The notes under the pieces were generated by a model. That model did not search any database. It was not told the DNA's origin and was given only the letters and a program-made list of their open reading frames with translations. Of a DNA stretch of 64,000 nt, positions 30,959 to 40,700 are shown in pieces. Position 1 is the stretch's first letter; each line of letters starts with the position of its first letter. The position numbers and the translations under genes were made by a program. The stretch is from a virus (lineage: Duplodnaviria > Caudoviricetes): IMG/VR virus record IMGVR_UViG_3300032038_000033, positions 1-64,000 of that record. One strand, given 5' to 3'.

Positions 30959-31459
30959 ATGAAATTAAGAATTAATGAAGGTCTTAAAATAACGGATAAG
31001 AAAATTATGGTACTCAAAGAATCTAAAATTATCAATGTCGTATCAGAAGAAACAGGAGAAGTATTACAAGAAATTGATGTTCTAAATCACACAGAGGACT
31101 ATTACATTGATTTAATTAAAAAAGATAATTATATTAATAGAATTGAGCATAACAAATATCATCCTGAAATATTATGCGTTTATGTTTTTGATAGTCTTAA
31201 TAGTAAGAAATTAATGCAACAAGAAATCATAGAAACTCTTTTAGAAGATGTAAAATATGCACTTGAAGCAGCTTATGAAGAATGTAATGAAACATATACA
31301 CATATAGATTTAGATATTCCTAAATACTTAGATGACAGTGACTTATGGCAAAAGATTAATATGACATTAGAAGATAATAGAATTAGTTATAACATAGAAC
31401 ATAAAAATATGAGAATTGGTCCATATAATTATTATTATATGTATGTACGACAATATTAA
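30959..31459 (+). CDS. Leader-family protein (MKLRINE)
   Basis: Start reassigned to ATG 30959 after AAGGTG. Confidence 0.65.
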   Translation: MKLRINEGLKITDKKIMVLKESKIINVVSEETGEVLQEIDVLNHTEDYYIDLIKKDNYINRIEHNKYHPEILCVYVFDSLNSKKLMQQEIIETLLEDVKYALEAAYEECNETYTHIDLDIPKYLDDSDLWQKINMTLEDNRISYNIEHKNMRIGPYNYYYMYVRQY

Positions 31460-31492
31460 TTAAAAATAATTTATAGGTAAGGTGAAGGTATT

Positions 31493-31753
31493 ATGAGACT
31501 TAGAATTAATGAAAATGAAAGTATTGTGGATAAATTCGGAGGTAGAAATTACTCTAATATAAATCCTATACTTCAAGAATATTTAGATTTCTTAGAAGAG
31601 GCTGGAATTGAAGTTTTAAATGTTTATTTAGGTACAAAGAGTATTGAAGTTAGAAATAAAGATTTAGAAGATGCATCGTTTTATTTATGTGGTAGAGATT
31701 ATTTTGGTAAAGATTTATATAAACAAGGTTGGTCCGTTGTTTCTAATATCTAA
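31493..31753 (+). CDS. Leader-family protein (MRLRINE)
   Basis: Shared N-terminal motif. Confidence 0.65.
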   Translation: MRLRINENESIVDKFGGRNYSNINPILQEYLDFLEEAGIEVLNVYLGTKSIEVRNKDLEDASFYLCGRDYFGKDLYKQGWSVVSNI

Positions 31754-31774
31754 ACAAAGAAAGGAATTAATCAT

Positions 31775-32275
31775 ATGAAATTAAAAATACCAGAAAGTTC
31801 TGATTGGAACACAAATACAGATAATCCTAAAATTAATTTTATTAGAGAAATAATGAAAGAAAATAATGATTATGTAGATGACCCTTGTGTGGGTATTTTC
31901 TGGTATGACCCTAATGAAAATGAACTATTTGGTATTCGTTCTAATATAGCGGAAGATACTAATTTTTATTATTCGGATATGTTAAATCAATATGTAAGAA
32001 CAACTAAATTTTTACATTATGCTGTTTGGCAGAAAGAATGTAATAGAGGTAAAGATAATAGATTTCAAACTCTTAATTATACTGAATATCCAAGGGGTAG
32101 GATTTTTGAAATCAAAGATAAAGGCTTTGAAGTTTATGTTGGTAACTGGATAAAAGATTATCCTGAATGTAAAGAATTAATTTTAGATGAATTTCAATTA
32201 CCAAGAAATAAAACAGAATTTGTAATTGATATTCATTGGGATTTAGGTCACGGTTGGAGTGACAAAGAATTTTAA
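31775..32275 (+). CDS. Leader-family protein (MKLKIPE), paralog of 48123
   Basis: GIFWY...H..W...YPRGRI. Confidence 0.65.
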   Translation: MKLKIPESSDWNTNTDNPKINFIREIMKENNDYVDDPCVGIFWYDPNENELFGIRSNIAEDTNFYYSDMLNQYVRTTKFLHYAVWQKECNRGKDNRFQTLNYTEYPRGRIFEIKDKGFEVYVGNWIKDYPECKELILDEFQLPRNKTEFVIDIHWDLGHGWSDKEF

Positions 32276-32294
32276 GAAAGGAAAACGCATTACT

Positions 32295-32795
32295 ATGATA
32301 ACTATTAAAGAAAATAAAACTAATGAGATTTATGATGATTTATATAACTATGCTGATAGGTATAGATTTACTACAAGATGGACTAAGGATAATGTAGAAA
32401 ATTATCTTATAAAAATAAAAAGAATGTATGCTTTATCTGATAAAGAACTTACTGATGTTATTAGTAAAGTAAATAAAGATTTTAAGCGTAAGAATAAAGT
32501 CAAGAGTGACCCTTATGCAGAAACTTCTTACAAAACTGAAAAATTAAACATAAGAGAAAATCAATTAAATAAAGGTAGATATTGGGTTACTGATGATAAC
32601 TACATTCCAATTCCTGAACAACCAGGTAATGGATATACTCAACTCGGAGCTATTCAAAGAGCACAGAGAGAAGCTGAACAATCAGCTAAATTATTTGGTA
32701 AAAGATTTGGTGTTACAATACAAGACGCTGTAAAAGATTATCATATAATGGATAGTGACGGCAATATATGTCACGATTTAGATAATGCTATATAA
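32295..32795 (+). CDS. Leader-family protein (MITIKE; internal KLNIRE)
   Basis: Start reassigned to ATG 32295 after GAAAGG. Confidence 0.6.
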   Translation: MITIKENKTNEIYDDLYNYADRYRFTTRWTKDNVENYLIKIKRMYALSDKELTDVISKVNKDFKRKNKVKSDPYAETSYKTEKLNIRENQLNKGRYWVTDDNYIPIPEQPGNGYTQLGAIQRAQREAEQSAKLFGKRFGVTIQDAVKDYHIMDSDGNICHDLDNAI

Positions 32796-32812
32796 AGGAG
32801 GTTTGATTAGCT

Positions 32813-33229
32813 ATGAAATTAAGAATTAAGGAATCCATAGATATTATGTCTTTACCTACAAGTGAAAGAGTTGAACTTATGATTAAATTCTGGAATGACC
32901 CAAATGTAGTTGGTTCTTTATCTACAGAAAAAGCTATGAGATATTGGGAAAGAAAAGGATTTGACACTTCTAATTATACTTCAGAAGAGTTTAATCGTGT
33001 TTGGGATTTAGCACAAGATGAACTTGACGCAGGTGGTTATGTAGACGAAGAAGATGACTATGAAGAAGATGACTTTGAAGAAGAAATTGAAACCAAAGAA
33101 GATGCTTATAATTGGTTACAAGATAAATTAAGAGAATATGGAAATACATATCATTTTAATAATGAAGATAGATATAAGTTAGATAGGCTTATAGATAAAT
33201 TTGGTAATACTTATTTTTGGAATAGATAA
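32813..33229 (+). CDS. Leader-family protein (MKLRIKE), acidic; C-terminal module shared with 51668
   Basis: AYNWLQDK...LIDKFGNTYFW. Confidence 0.65.
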   Translation: MKLRIKESIDIMSLPTSERVELMIKFWNDPNVVGSLSTEKAMRYWERKGFDTSNYTSEEFNRVWDLAQDELDAGGYVDEEDDYEEDDFEEEIETKEDAYNWLQDKLREYGNTYHFNNEDRYKLDRLIDKFGNTYFWNR

Positions 33230-33568
33230 TTGAAGAAAGGTTGATGATTTATGAAATTAAGAATTAATGAAGATACAAGAACTAATGGTTATTATATGGT
33301 ATATTATGGAGGTACTTGGAATCACGGTTCTTATAGGTGTAACACACAAATGGAATTGCGTGAATTTTTATCTTCAAATATATTTGATAGAATTACTAAG
33401 ATAGAATATGTTGTTGATGAAACAAGTAAGTGGAAAGAATTTGCCAATGTATTATATCAAAATGTAGATAGAAATTCTATAAGTGATGAACAGTATGATA
33501 AATTGTTTAATAGAGGTATTGTTGCTAAATAAATAAATTTGGTAATACTTATTTTTATAATAGATAAT
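33195..33568 (+). repeat. 36-bp direct repeat flanking the 33251 gene
   Basis: ATAAATTTGGTAATACTTATTTTT(GG/AT)AATAGATAAT at 33195 and 33533; related copy at about 52263. Confidence 0.8.
33251..33532 (+). CDS. Leader-family protein (MKLRINE)
   Basis: Shared N-terminal motif. Confidence 0.65.
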   Translation: MKLRINEDTRTNGYYMVYYGGTWNHGSYRCNTQMELREFLSSNIFDRITKIEYVVDETSKWKEFANVLYQNVDRNSISDEQYDKLFNRGIVAK

Positions 33569-33591
33569 ATAATGAAAGGATTTAATTTACT

Positions 33592-34899
33592 ATGAAATTA
33601 CAAATTAAAGAATCTGATGATAAAATAACTGCTAAAAATTTTCAAGAACTTATAGATAAACTTGAAGCACACGGTTATTCTTGTGAACACTATTATGATG
33701 TAGATTATCCTGATAGTAATTGGCTTTATATTACTAAAAATGGCGACCCTTATGAAGCAGAGTTTTATAAATATCGTGATGGTGAGTACGAGTTATATTT
33801 ACATAATATTCATCCTACAAAAGAAAAATCTTATAATGAATCTTATGATAGTGATTATACTTATGAAGATAGATATGAACGTATAAAAAGTAAATCTATA
33901 CTTGATTTTGACGGTTTTTATACCGATTATACTATGTATTACGATAATGAAGAAGATAGGTTTATATTTATATTCGGTGATAATGATTTATATGACCCAT
34001 ATAATTCTGAACCTGATTGGGAATGTGAAACAGAGGAAGAAGCCGAAGATTGGTATAACGATTATAACGGTTTTGAAGATGAATTAGATGAAAGACTTAT
34101 CACTATCAAGGAAAAGATTTCAGATAATGATTATTCTCAATCTAAGAAAGGTAAAGCATATAAAGTTTTTAAAGTTAAAAATGGAAAACTTTATCCGCCT
34201 ATGGTAGCAAATCCTGGTGGTGAAGATACTCCTTTAGGTGTTTGGCTTGATGCAGAAGAAGGTGAATTTGCTGGTTTATCTAAGACAGGTAGAAAGCAAG
34301 TTAAATCTACTGGTAGTGGTAATTTAGCGTATCGTCCTGGTTGGCATTTAGGTGATGTTCCGAGAGCTAAACAGTTTGATAGGTCTTTTGGTTGGGAAAT
34401 AGTTGATAATGTAAATGAAGATGAAGTTATAAAAACAATAAACAACTATACAACATTCGTAAATAGTTACGCTAAAGCTGGTAATGTAGGCAATATATAT
34501 TTTATTAAAGATATAGATAAATATGTTCAAGTAACTAATGATAATGCACCTTATTTCCCATATGATTTTGTTTGGGCTGAATGTGAATATGTAATGGATA
34601 TTGACTATCAAGGTGAAGCTGATGAACAAGGTTATATGAGAACTAAAGCAGACGGTTCTACTTATAGAAGTGACAAATATCAACACTCTCTTGCAGGTTT
34701 ACCTAAATTACCTAAGAATGGTTATTATAAGTATAGGACTAATCCTAATCCTGATACAGTTCCTTGGGTAATTACAGGTGCTATCAAAGTTACTAAACTT
34801 CTTGATGATTATGATGTAGCTAAAATTTTGGGTGGTAATGCACCTGAAAGACAGGGTGGAGATAAGACATTAGCAGAACTTGGTCTTAAACAGATATAA
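33592..34899 (+). CDS. Leader-family multi-module protein (MKLQIKE)
   Basis: Modules separated by SYNES and LITIKE; C-terminal domain with AYKVF..KLYP, LAYRPGWH. Confidence 0.7.
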   Translation: MKLQIKESDDKITAKNFQELIDKLEAHGYSCEHYYDVDYPDSNWLYITKNGDPYEAEFYKYRDGEYELYLHNIHPTKEKSYNESYDSDYTYEDRYERIKSKSILDFDGFYTDYTMYYDNEEDRFIFIFGDNDLYDPYNSEPDWECETEEEAEDWYNDYNGFEDELDERLITIKEKISDNDYSQSKKGKAYKVFKVKNGKLYPPMVANPGGEDTPLGVWLDAEEGEFAGLSKTGRKQVKSTGSGNLAYRPGWHLGDVPRAKQFDRSFGWEIVDNVNEDEVIKTINNYTTFVNSYAKAGNVGNIYFIKDIDKYVQVTNDNAPYFPYDFVWAECEYVMDIDYQGEADEQGYMRTKADGSTYRSDKYQHSLAGLPKLPKNGYYKYRTNPNPDTVPWVITGAIKVTKLLDDYDVAKILGGNAPERQGGDKTLAELGLKQI

Positions 34900-35009
34900 T
34901 ATGTTTAATAAAATTTATACTTTGTTTACTTAATTATAATACTATATTAAAATATATAGTGTATTATTATTGTAAACAAAGTATATTTTTTATATAAGGA
35001 ATGATATAA

Positions 35010-35660
35010 ATGAAACTAACAATTAAAGAAGAACGTGAAATCTTAGAGGAATTAGGTGATTTAGACTATGAAGATGAAAATTTTGATAATGATATAGCGG
35101 AACAATTCTATAATGACATATTAACTGTATTAAATGATATTATAAACACATCTGATATAGTTAAAGAAAATTTTATTTCATCTAAATGCACTAATGACCA
35201 TTATAGAAAACATTGTTTATATAATGTTGAAAATAGACGTTCTACTACTAATAGAGTTTATTATGACTTCACGAATAAAAATCAATATATTGAATATGAA
35301 AAACAGATATCATATCTATCCTCCCATACAGATTATGAAATAACAACTTTGTATGATTATGATTTGATTATAAGATATATAAGAAAATTATTTGAGGGTG
35401 GAATAACTCTTAATTTTACAAATAGTTGTGGGTTAAGAAATAATGATGGTAGAATAAATATGACTTTACATTCGTTTGCTACTAATGTAACAGAAAACTA
35501 TCAAAAAGGTAATACTATTGATATATGTATTAAATCTACAAGAGATAAGACAATAACTTTATACCCTGTAGATGCACATAAATTAGAAAACAAATTTAAT
35601 TCGATTATAAGGTGTTATGGCAATTATATTGGAAATAATATTAAATTCAATAATGATTAA
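35010..35660 (+). CDS. Leader-family protein (MKLTIKE)
   Basis: Shared motif; HYRKH. Confidence 0.65.
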   Translation: MKLTIKEEREILEELGDLDYEDENFDNDIAEQFYNDILTVLNDIINTSDIVKENFISSKCTNDHYRKHCLYNVENRRSTTNRVYYDFTNKNQYIEYEKQISYLSSHTDYEITTLYDYDLIIRYIRKLFEGGITLNFTNSCGLRNNDGRINMTLHSFATNVTENYQKGNTIDICIKSTRDKTITLYPVDAHKLENKFNSIIRCYGNYIGNNIKFNND

Positions 35661-35669
35661 ATTCTAACT

Positions 35670-35762
35670 TTAACAATTTATTTACAATAATAATAAACTT
35701 TTATAACATTTATCTGTTATACTATATTATAGTAAAGAACAGATAAATGTTATTTTTTTTTA
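35670..35762 (+). promoter_or_regulatory. Repeat-box promoter embedded in a terminator hairpin
   Basis: TTAACA-N5-TTTACA-N31-TATACT; perfect 16-bp IR 35703-18/35738-53 plus T run. Confidence 0.7.
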
Positions 35763-35825
35763 TGCTTAGATTAAAATAGAGAAACATTATCCTGAATATT
35801 TGAGTGATGATAAGGAATGGTTTAA

Positions 35826-36959
35826 ATGAAACAGTTTAAAACAGATATGAAATTTGATGAAGAGAAATTTATGAAATCTTTATATTTCTATCCGAATAAT
35901 ATAGAGCCTTTTCCTATTCAAAGGATTAATTGGCTTCATAAACTTCTTGTATGTACAAAATCTGTCTTTAGTAAACTTAAAATAAAATGCACTGGTGACG
36001 GATATTTAGATAAACTTACTTCTCTTGAATTTACTGATAGCCTTATTTATGACGCAATGAAAGATGAACTAAATAGCTATATTTATGATGATAGTATGAG
36101 TTTTGGAGTTGAAGATTTAAATACTTTCTATAAAAGTGCCGCATATAACATCACCTTAATGTATAACTGGAATATATATAAGCAAGTTTATAGATTTGAT
36201 AAAGATACTTTTAATCTACTAATGAATGTTAATATAGATAAAGTGCCTTTTGATATCATAAAGAATAATCTGCCCTATCCTGCATTTTTCATTGACAATA
36301 CATTTAAATCTACTGTAAGTGGAATTGTTTTTAGAGGTTGTTTCGTATCACTACTTAATATGTTTAATGGTTTAGAGCTTTGTTTATTCTTTATAACAGA
36401 TACTCCCGAAAGTGATTACCAATACGCTTTTTTACCTTTATATTTTAAAGAAGATGATTTGACAATCAAAGAAGCCTTAATAAAAAGAAATGAAGTTTAT
36501 GAAGTAGATTGTGATGAATCTATTTTGAAAGATGCTGAAGGTCTTGTTTCACAAGCATTAAAAGCTATAATTTATATTTGTTCTGCGAATAGAGAAATAG
36601 AAACCATAAAGGTAACAGTTAATGATAATGAAAATAAGAAAAATAAGAAAAATAAGAAAAATAAGAATAAAAAGCCTAAAACAGTTACACAGAACAATGT
36701 CGGCTATAAAATGGGTGCTGCGATTAGATTAAATAAAAAGAATTATGTATATGTAGACGAAGAAGGAAATACAATTGATAATAAGAATAAAGGAAATCAT
36801 AGTAAAAAATCACCACATCTAAGAATGGGTCACTATCATCATTATTGGATTGGTTCAAAAGATAAACCCGAAGAAAGAAAACTTGTTTTAAAATATGTTG
36901 CACCTATTTTTATCAATTCCACAGACATTAAAGATACTACATTACACAATGTAAAATAA
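35826..36959 (+). CDS. AcrVA2/FinQ-like protein
   Basis: W..YKQVYRFD, LPYPAFFI, IIYICS, KSPHLRMGHYHHYWIG. Confidence 0.6.
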   Translation: MKQFKTDMKFDEEKFMKSLYFYPNNIEPFPIQRINWLHKLLVCTKSVFSKLKIKCTGDGYLDKLTSLEFTDSLIYDAMKDELNSYIYDDSMSFGVEDLNTFYKSAAYNITLMYNWNIYKQVYRFDKDTFNLLMNVNIDKVPFDIIKNNLPYPAFFIDNTFKSTVSGIVFRGCFVSLLNMFNGLELCLFFITDTPESDYQYAFLPLYFKEDDLTIKEALIKRNEVYEVDCDESILKDAEGLVSQALKAIIYICSANREIETIKVTVNDNENKKNKKNKKNKNKKPKTVTQNNVGYKMGAAIRLNKKNYVYVDEEGNTIDNKNKGNHSKKSPHLRMGHYHHYWIGSKDKPEERKLVLKYVAPIFINSTDIKDTTLHNVK

Positions 36960-36965
36960 ACAGTT

Positions 36966-37020
36966 AAAAAAATATCCTTACACATAAATTCAAAAGTTTT
37001 AGCGTGTAAGGATTTTTTTA
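36966..37020 (+). terminator. Intrinsic terminator
   Basis: ATCCTTACAC...GTGTAAGGAT followed by T run. Confidence 0.65.
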
Positions 37021-37364
37021 ATTATTATTATTTGTGTCTATGTTCTTTCCCATATTGTTATATGTAGAAATTGTTTGGATTGACATCTATTTTATGTAGC
37101 ACTGTACACTGTAGTGTAAGTAGAACCACATAATATATTTTCAAGAAATTTATTGAATTAATTATGTAAATGATTTAATTACGTTCATAATTATGAATAC
37201 TTGTTAATTCTTTAAATACTTTGTACAAATAGAATATTCATTTTTTGTTTAAACACACAAAATTTATTTTATTGTCAAATTTACTGTTGATAAATAGTAC
37301 AAAATATGTTATACTTATAATAGAGAAATACTTTTGTTTTCAATGCTTTTTTGAGGTGTTTATT

Positions 37365-38045
37365 ATGGCGTTAAATTTTAAACAAACCGAAGAAGAATTA
37401 ACTAAATTAGTTAATGAAAATAGAAATAATCCTGAAATATATAAGAAATTACACGCTATTACATTTAATTATTTATATAATGTATTAAAACCCGGTAGTG
37501 AATTATATGATTATGATACCATAGCTTGTGATATTGCCGCAGATTTATTTTTAAGAATTAGAAAAGGAGCTAAAATAGAATATTGGCTTAACTACATATC
37601 AAGAACATTGAAAATGTATTATTTAAGAGATTACCAGAAGAAAAATTGGTCTGTTGTTATAGATACGACTGGAAGCGCAACATTAGAAGAAGCTCTTAAA
37701 CAATGTTTTATAGATAATTCAACTAATTCAAGTCCTATAAATAATTCTCTTAATATTATATACTTAGAACAGTTTGAAAAAATACTTAATAAAGTTTTAT
37801 ACAATAGTAAGTTTAACTTTAATAGTAAAGAACGAGTTAATTTACAGATTTCAATATTACTTACTTTATTAAAGGGTGAAAATACTTATTTTCATATAGA
37901 AGAATATCTTTATCCCTATATACCTATTATTATAGCACAATTAAAAACAGAAATAATAAACTCAGGCTTATTTATAGAAGATAATATATTAAGTACATTA
38001 GAATTAGACCCATTAAATATAAATGATAATTTGGAAGAAAATTAA
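37365..38045 (+). CDS. Hypothetical protein
   Basis: Start reassigned after GAGGTG; TTGATA-N17-TATACT promoter at 37287-37315. Confidence 0.6.
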   Translation: MALNFKQTEEELTKLVNENRNNPEIYKKLHAITFNYLYNVLKPGSELYDYDTIACDIAADLFLRIRKGAKIEYWLNYISRTLKMYYLRDYQKKNWSVVIDTTGSATLEEALKQCFIDNSTNSSPINNSLNIIYLEQFEKILNKVLYNSKFNFNSKERVNLQISILLTLLKGENTYFHIEEYLYPYIPIIIAQLKTEIINSGLFIEDNILSTLELDPLNINDNLEEN

Positions 38046-38060
38046 AAGTGGAGGCGCACA

Positions 38061-38441
38061 ATGACTTCTGATAAAGATTTATATAAACTTAAACAGCCCG
38101 ATATATATTCTTTAATCTGTGAATTATTATTTGTTCTTAAAGATAACCCAAAATATTCTATTATAAGTGAATTAGCATTTATCTTAGAGAGAGATTCTTT
38201 TATAAAGTTTATAAAATATTTTGGAGGTATGACAATAACAATTCCTAAAGAAGAAGAGTTTAAAGATGTTATACAATTATTATTATTATATCAAGCCGTT
38301 GAAATAGATAAAATGCCTTGGCGAAAGGCCTTAGATGATTGTGGTATTGATATTGATAAATCCCGTTCTATGCAAAGAAAATTAGCTATTTTAAAGAAAA
38401 CATTATCAGATTATAGGGTAGGTGAGCGAAACTATGATTGA
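38061..38441 (+). CDS. Mor-like transcription regulator candidate
   Basis: FIKYFGGMTITIP resembles the Mor-family GG..(I/Y)IP motif. Confidence 0.4.
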   Translation: MTSDKDLYKLKQPDIYSLICELLFVLKDNPKYSIISELAFILERDSFIKFIKYFGGMTITIPKEEEFKDVIQLLLLYQAVEIDKMPWRKALDDCGIDIDKSRSMQRKLAILKKTLSDYRVGERNYD

Positions 38442-38796
38442 TAGACTTATAAGCCCCGAACAATTAAATTTCACAAATGAGTGTTTAACTATGTATAAAG
38501 AGTTTTGTGAACCTACAAATAGAGAACAATTATTTACTAATTGTGTAAAAGAAAGATTAAATAACCTACTTATTGATAATACAAATAGAATAGATTCTAT
38601 TTTAAGTGAATTTGAACAATTTACTGACAATCTTATTAGGGATGATATTGGATTTAATAGATGTGAGAATTATAATAGAATGATTAAGGAAAAGAATAAA
38701 TCAAGTATTTTTTACATGAGAAAACTTTTCAATACATATAATAAATCGTGTAGAATGTCAACAATAATGCTTAAACGTCTTGTGAAATCATTGTGA
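38434..38796 (+). CDS. Hypothetical protein
   Basis: Coupled ORF in operon. Confidence 0.5.
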   Translation: MIDRLISPEQLNFTNECLTMYKEFCEPTNREQLFTNCVKERLNNLLIDNTNRIDSILSEFEQFTDNLIRDDIGFNRCENYNRMIKEKNKSSIFYMRKLFNTYNKSCRMSTIMLKRLVKSL

Positions 38797-38809
38797 GGTG
38801 TGTTTTGAT

Positions 38810-39226
38810 ATGCGTAAACCAGGAACTATTTTATCACCAGAGTGTAAAAGTTATGCCGAAGATATAGAAACTATTTCAGGTGTGCCAAAAGATATATCGT
38901 TACAATTATTAAGACTTATTGAAGGTTTGGTTTGTCAGAGAATATGTGAACAAGTACAGGAAAATAAGAAAAATGACACAAATTTACCGATAAATGTAGA
39001 AATTCCGTTGATTGGAAATTTAATAATAACTGCACAGACATGGCATAAACATCATCTTAGAACAGATAAGCCGTCAACTCACTTTAATTTTGAATTTAAA
39101 CCATTATCCACATTCAAAACACATATAAGCAAGATATATAATAAAGACGAATGTGAATTAATATCGCTTTTATCAGAATCTTATGCAAAAATATTAGTAG
39201 ACACCTATAAAAATCTGTTGCAATAA
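38810..39226 (+). CDS. Hypothetical protein
   Basis: RBS GAGGTG; VEIPLIGNL is loosely HU-like. Confidence 0.5.
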   Translation: MRKPGTILSPECKSYAEDIETISGVPKDISLQLLRLIEGLVCQRICEQVQENKKNDTNLPINVEIPLIGNLIITAQTWHKHHLRTDKPSTHFNFEFKPLSTFKTHISKIYNKDECELISLLSESYAKILVDTYKNLLQ

Positions 39227-39243
39227 GTTTTTAGGGGGAAATT

Positions 39244-39783
39244 ATGATAATGCCAGAACAAATTGTGACTAAAGAAAACTATTCACCTTTAAATGAGATG
39301 CGATTATTGTCTAATAATCAATTACATGACAACAGTTTAGCTCAATTGAACGGTAAAGATACAGAAAATCAAGCCAAATTGTTTTTAATTGCTCAGGCAA
39401 GGAATGAATTACAAAGAATAGTTAAAATGACGCAGTATTTAGATAATTTAGAAGATAAATTTATGAATGTTGTGAATCAAAAGCTCATTGAACAGCCTTG
39501 TAATCTAAATCTTATAATGACAGCTATGGATATTACGCAACAATCACTCAAACGTTCTAATGATTTAGTAAATGCTATACTTAAAGATAATTCTTTACAG
39601 ACATTAGTATTAAATACTGTTAATATAATTCCTGGTGTTGAAGATAGTGCTACTATTGATATGAGTTCGAGAGAATCTATAAGAAATGTAGCATCTAATC
39701 TACTGGCACAGTTAAAAAGCAAAGAAAATGAAATTGTTGAAGTTAATGACGAAGAAATAAAGGAAGTAGATAAGAGTGAATAG
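39244..39783 (+). CDS. Hypothetical helical protein
   Basis: 179-aa ORF in operon. Confidence 0.55.
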   Translation: MIMPEQIVTKENYSPLNEMRLLSNNQLHDNSLAQLNGKDTENQAKLFLIAQARNELQRIVKMTQYLDNLEDKFMNVVNQKLIEQPCNLNLIMTAMDITQQSLKRSNDLVNAILKDNSLQTLVLNTVNIIPGVEDSATIDMSSRESIRNVASNLLAQLKSKENEIVEVNDEEIKEVDKSE

Positions 39784-40159
39784 TAAATTTTTATTTTTAG
39801 ATAAAGAAACTTCTAATGTAGTTAATCCAATTAAGGCTGATTTTAAAATAGATGGCTCTTTTAATACATTAGAAGGTTATACTAATACTGGAATAACTAA
39901 AACATACGATGTAGAAAATGAACTTATATGTTTATCTAACTATATATTTGTTCCTAATGTTGGAAAAGTATATGAAGGTGATAAAATAAGACTTAAAGAA
40001 GATAGTGCCGAAGAATATACATTAGGTTTTGGTTGGTATAATACAAATGAGGGTTTAGATTTATACGGTTGGTATCTATATAGTAATAATGTTGTAAAGC
40101 CATTTTACAAAAGTTATATAGATACATTGACTGTTGTTAAGTTTACATTCAATAAATAG
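39776..40159 (+). CDS. Hypothetical protein
   Basis: Coupled ORF; VYEGD, FGWY, GWY. Confidence 0.55.
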   Translation: MNSKFLFLDKETSNVVNPIKADFKIDGSFNTLEGYTNTGITKTYDVENELICLSNYIFVPNVGKVYEGDKIRLKEDSAEEYTLGFGWYNTNEGLDLYGWYLYSNNVVKPFYKSYIDTLTVVKFTFNK

Positions 40160-40263
40160 TAAATATGGGCTTTTAACATAGTTTTTAGCTAAATAAATGG
40201 AGGCGTTTGGCTACAACTAATATTATGGTAAAAGCCCTTATTTTATATTGAGGTGAAAGATAA

Positions 40264-40683
40264 ATGAAAGCTTATAATAATTTAGGTCTACCTATTATAT
40301 TATCAGATGAACCCAAATATAAGTCTGATTCAAAAGTAATGCCAACAATGTTTTTAATATTGGGTACTGCTACTATAATGGTAGATTTTCAATATACTTG
40401 TGTTCTTAAAAAAGGTCATTCAAATGATAATTCTAAGAAAGTATTATCAAGTGCTACTGATATAGAACAGAGAGTTACAAGTTATACCATTTATGTTGCT
40501 GGTAGTAATAGAGCATTGGTAAATCAAGTTTATTCTACAAATGGTGTGGCTTTAAGTGTTGCATTTAAAGCTGCCTACGGTGAACTGAGTGGTATATATG
40601 ACGCTGCTGTAAGTAAATTACAAGCAAGTATAAGTGAATTTGATACAGTAATTTGGCGTTGTGATAATACAACAAAAGCATAA
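40264..40683 (+). CDS. Hypothetical protein
   Basis: RBS GAGGTG; preceded by ACTAATA motif inside a hairpin. Confidence 0.55.
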   Translation: MKAYNNLGLPIILSDEPKYKSDSKVMPTMFLILGTATIMVDFQYTCVLKKGHSNDNSKKVLSSATDIEQRVTSYTIYVAGSNRALVNQVYSTNGVALSVAFKAAYGELSGIYDAAVSKLQASISEFDTVIWRCDNTTKA

Positions 40684-40700
40684 CATATAGAAGAGGGTGA

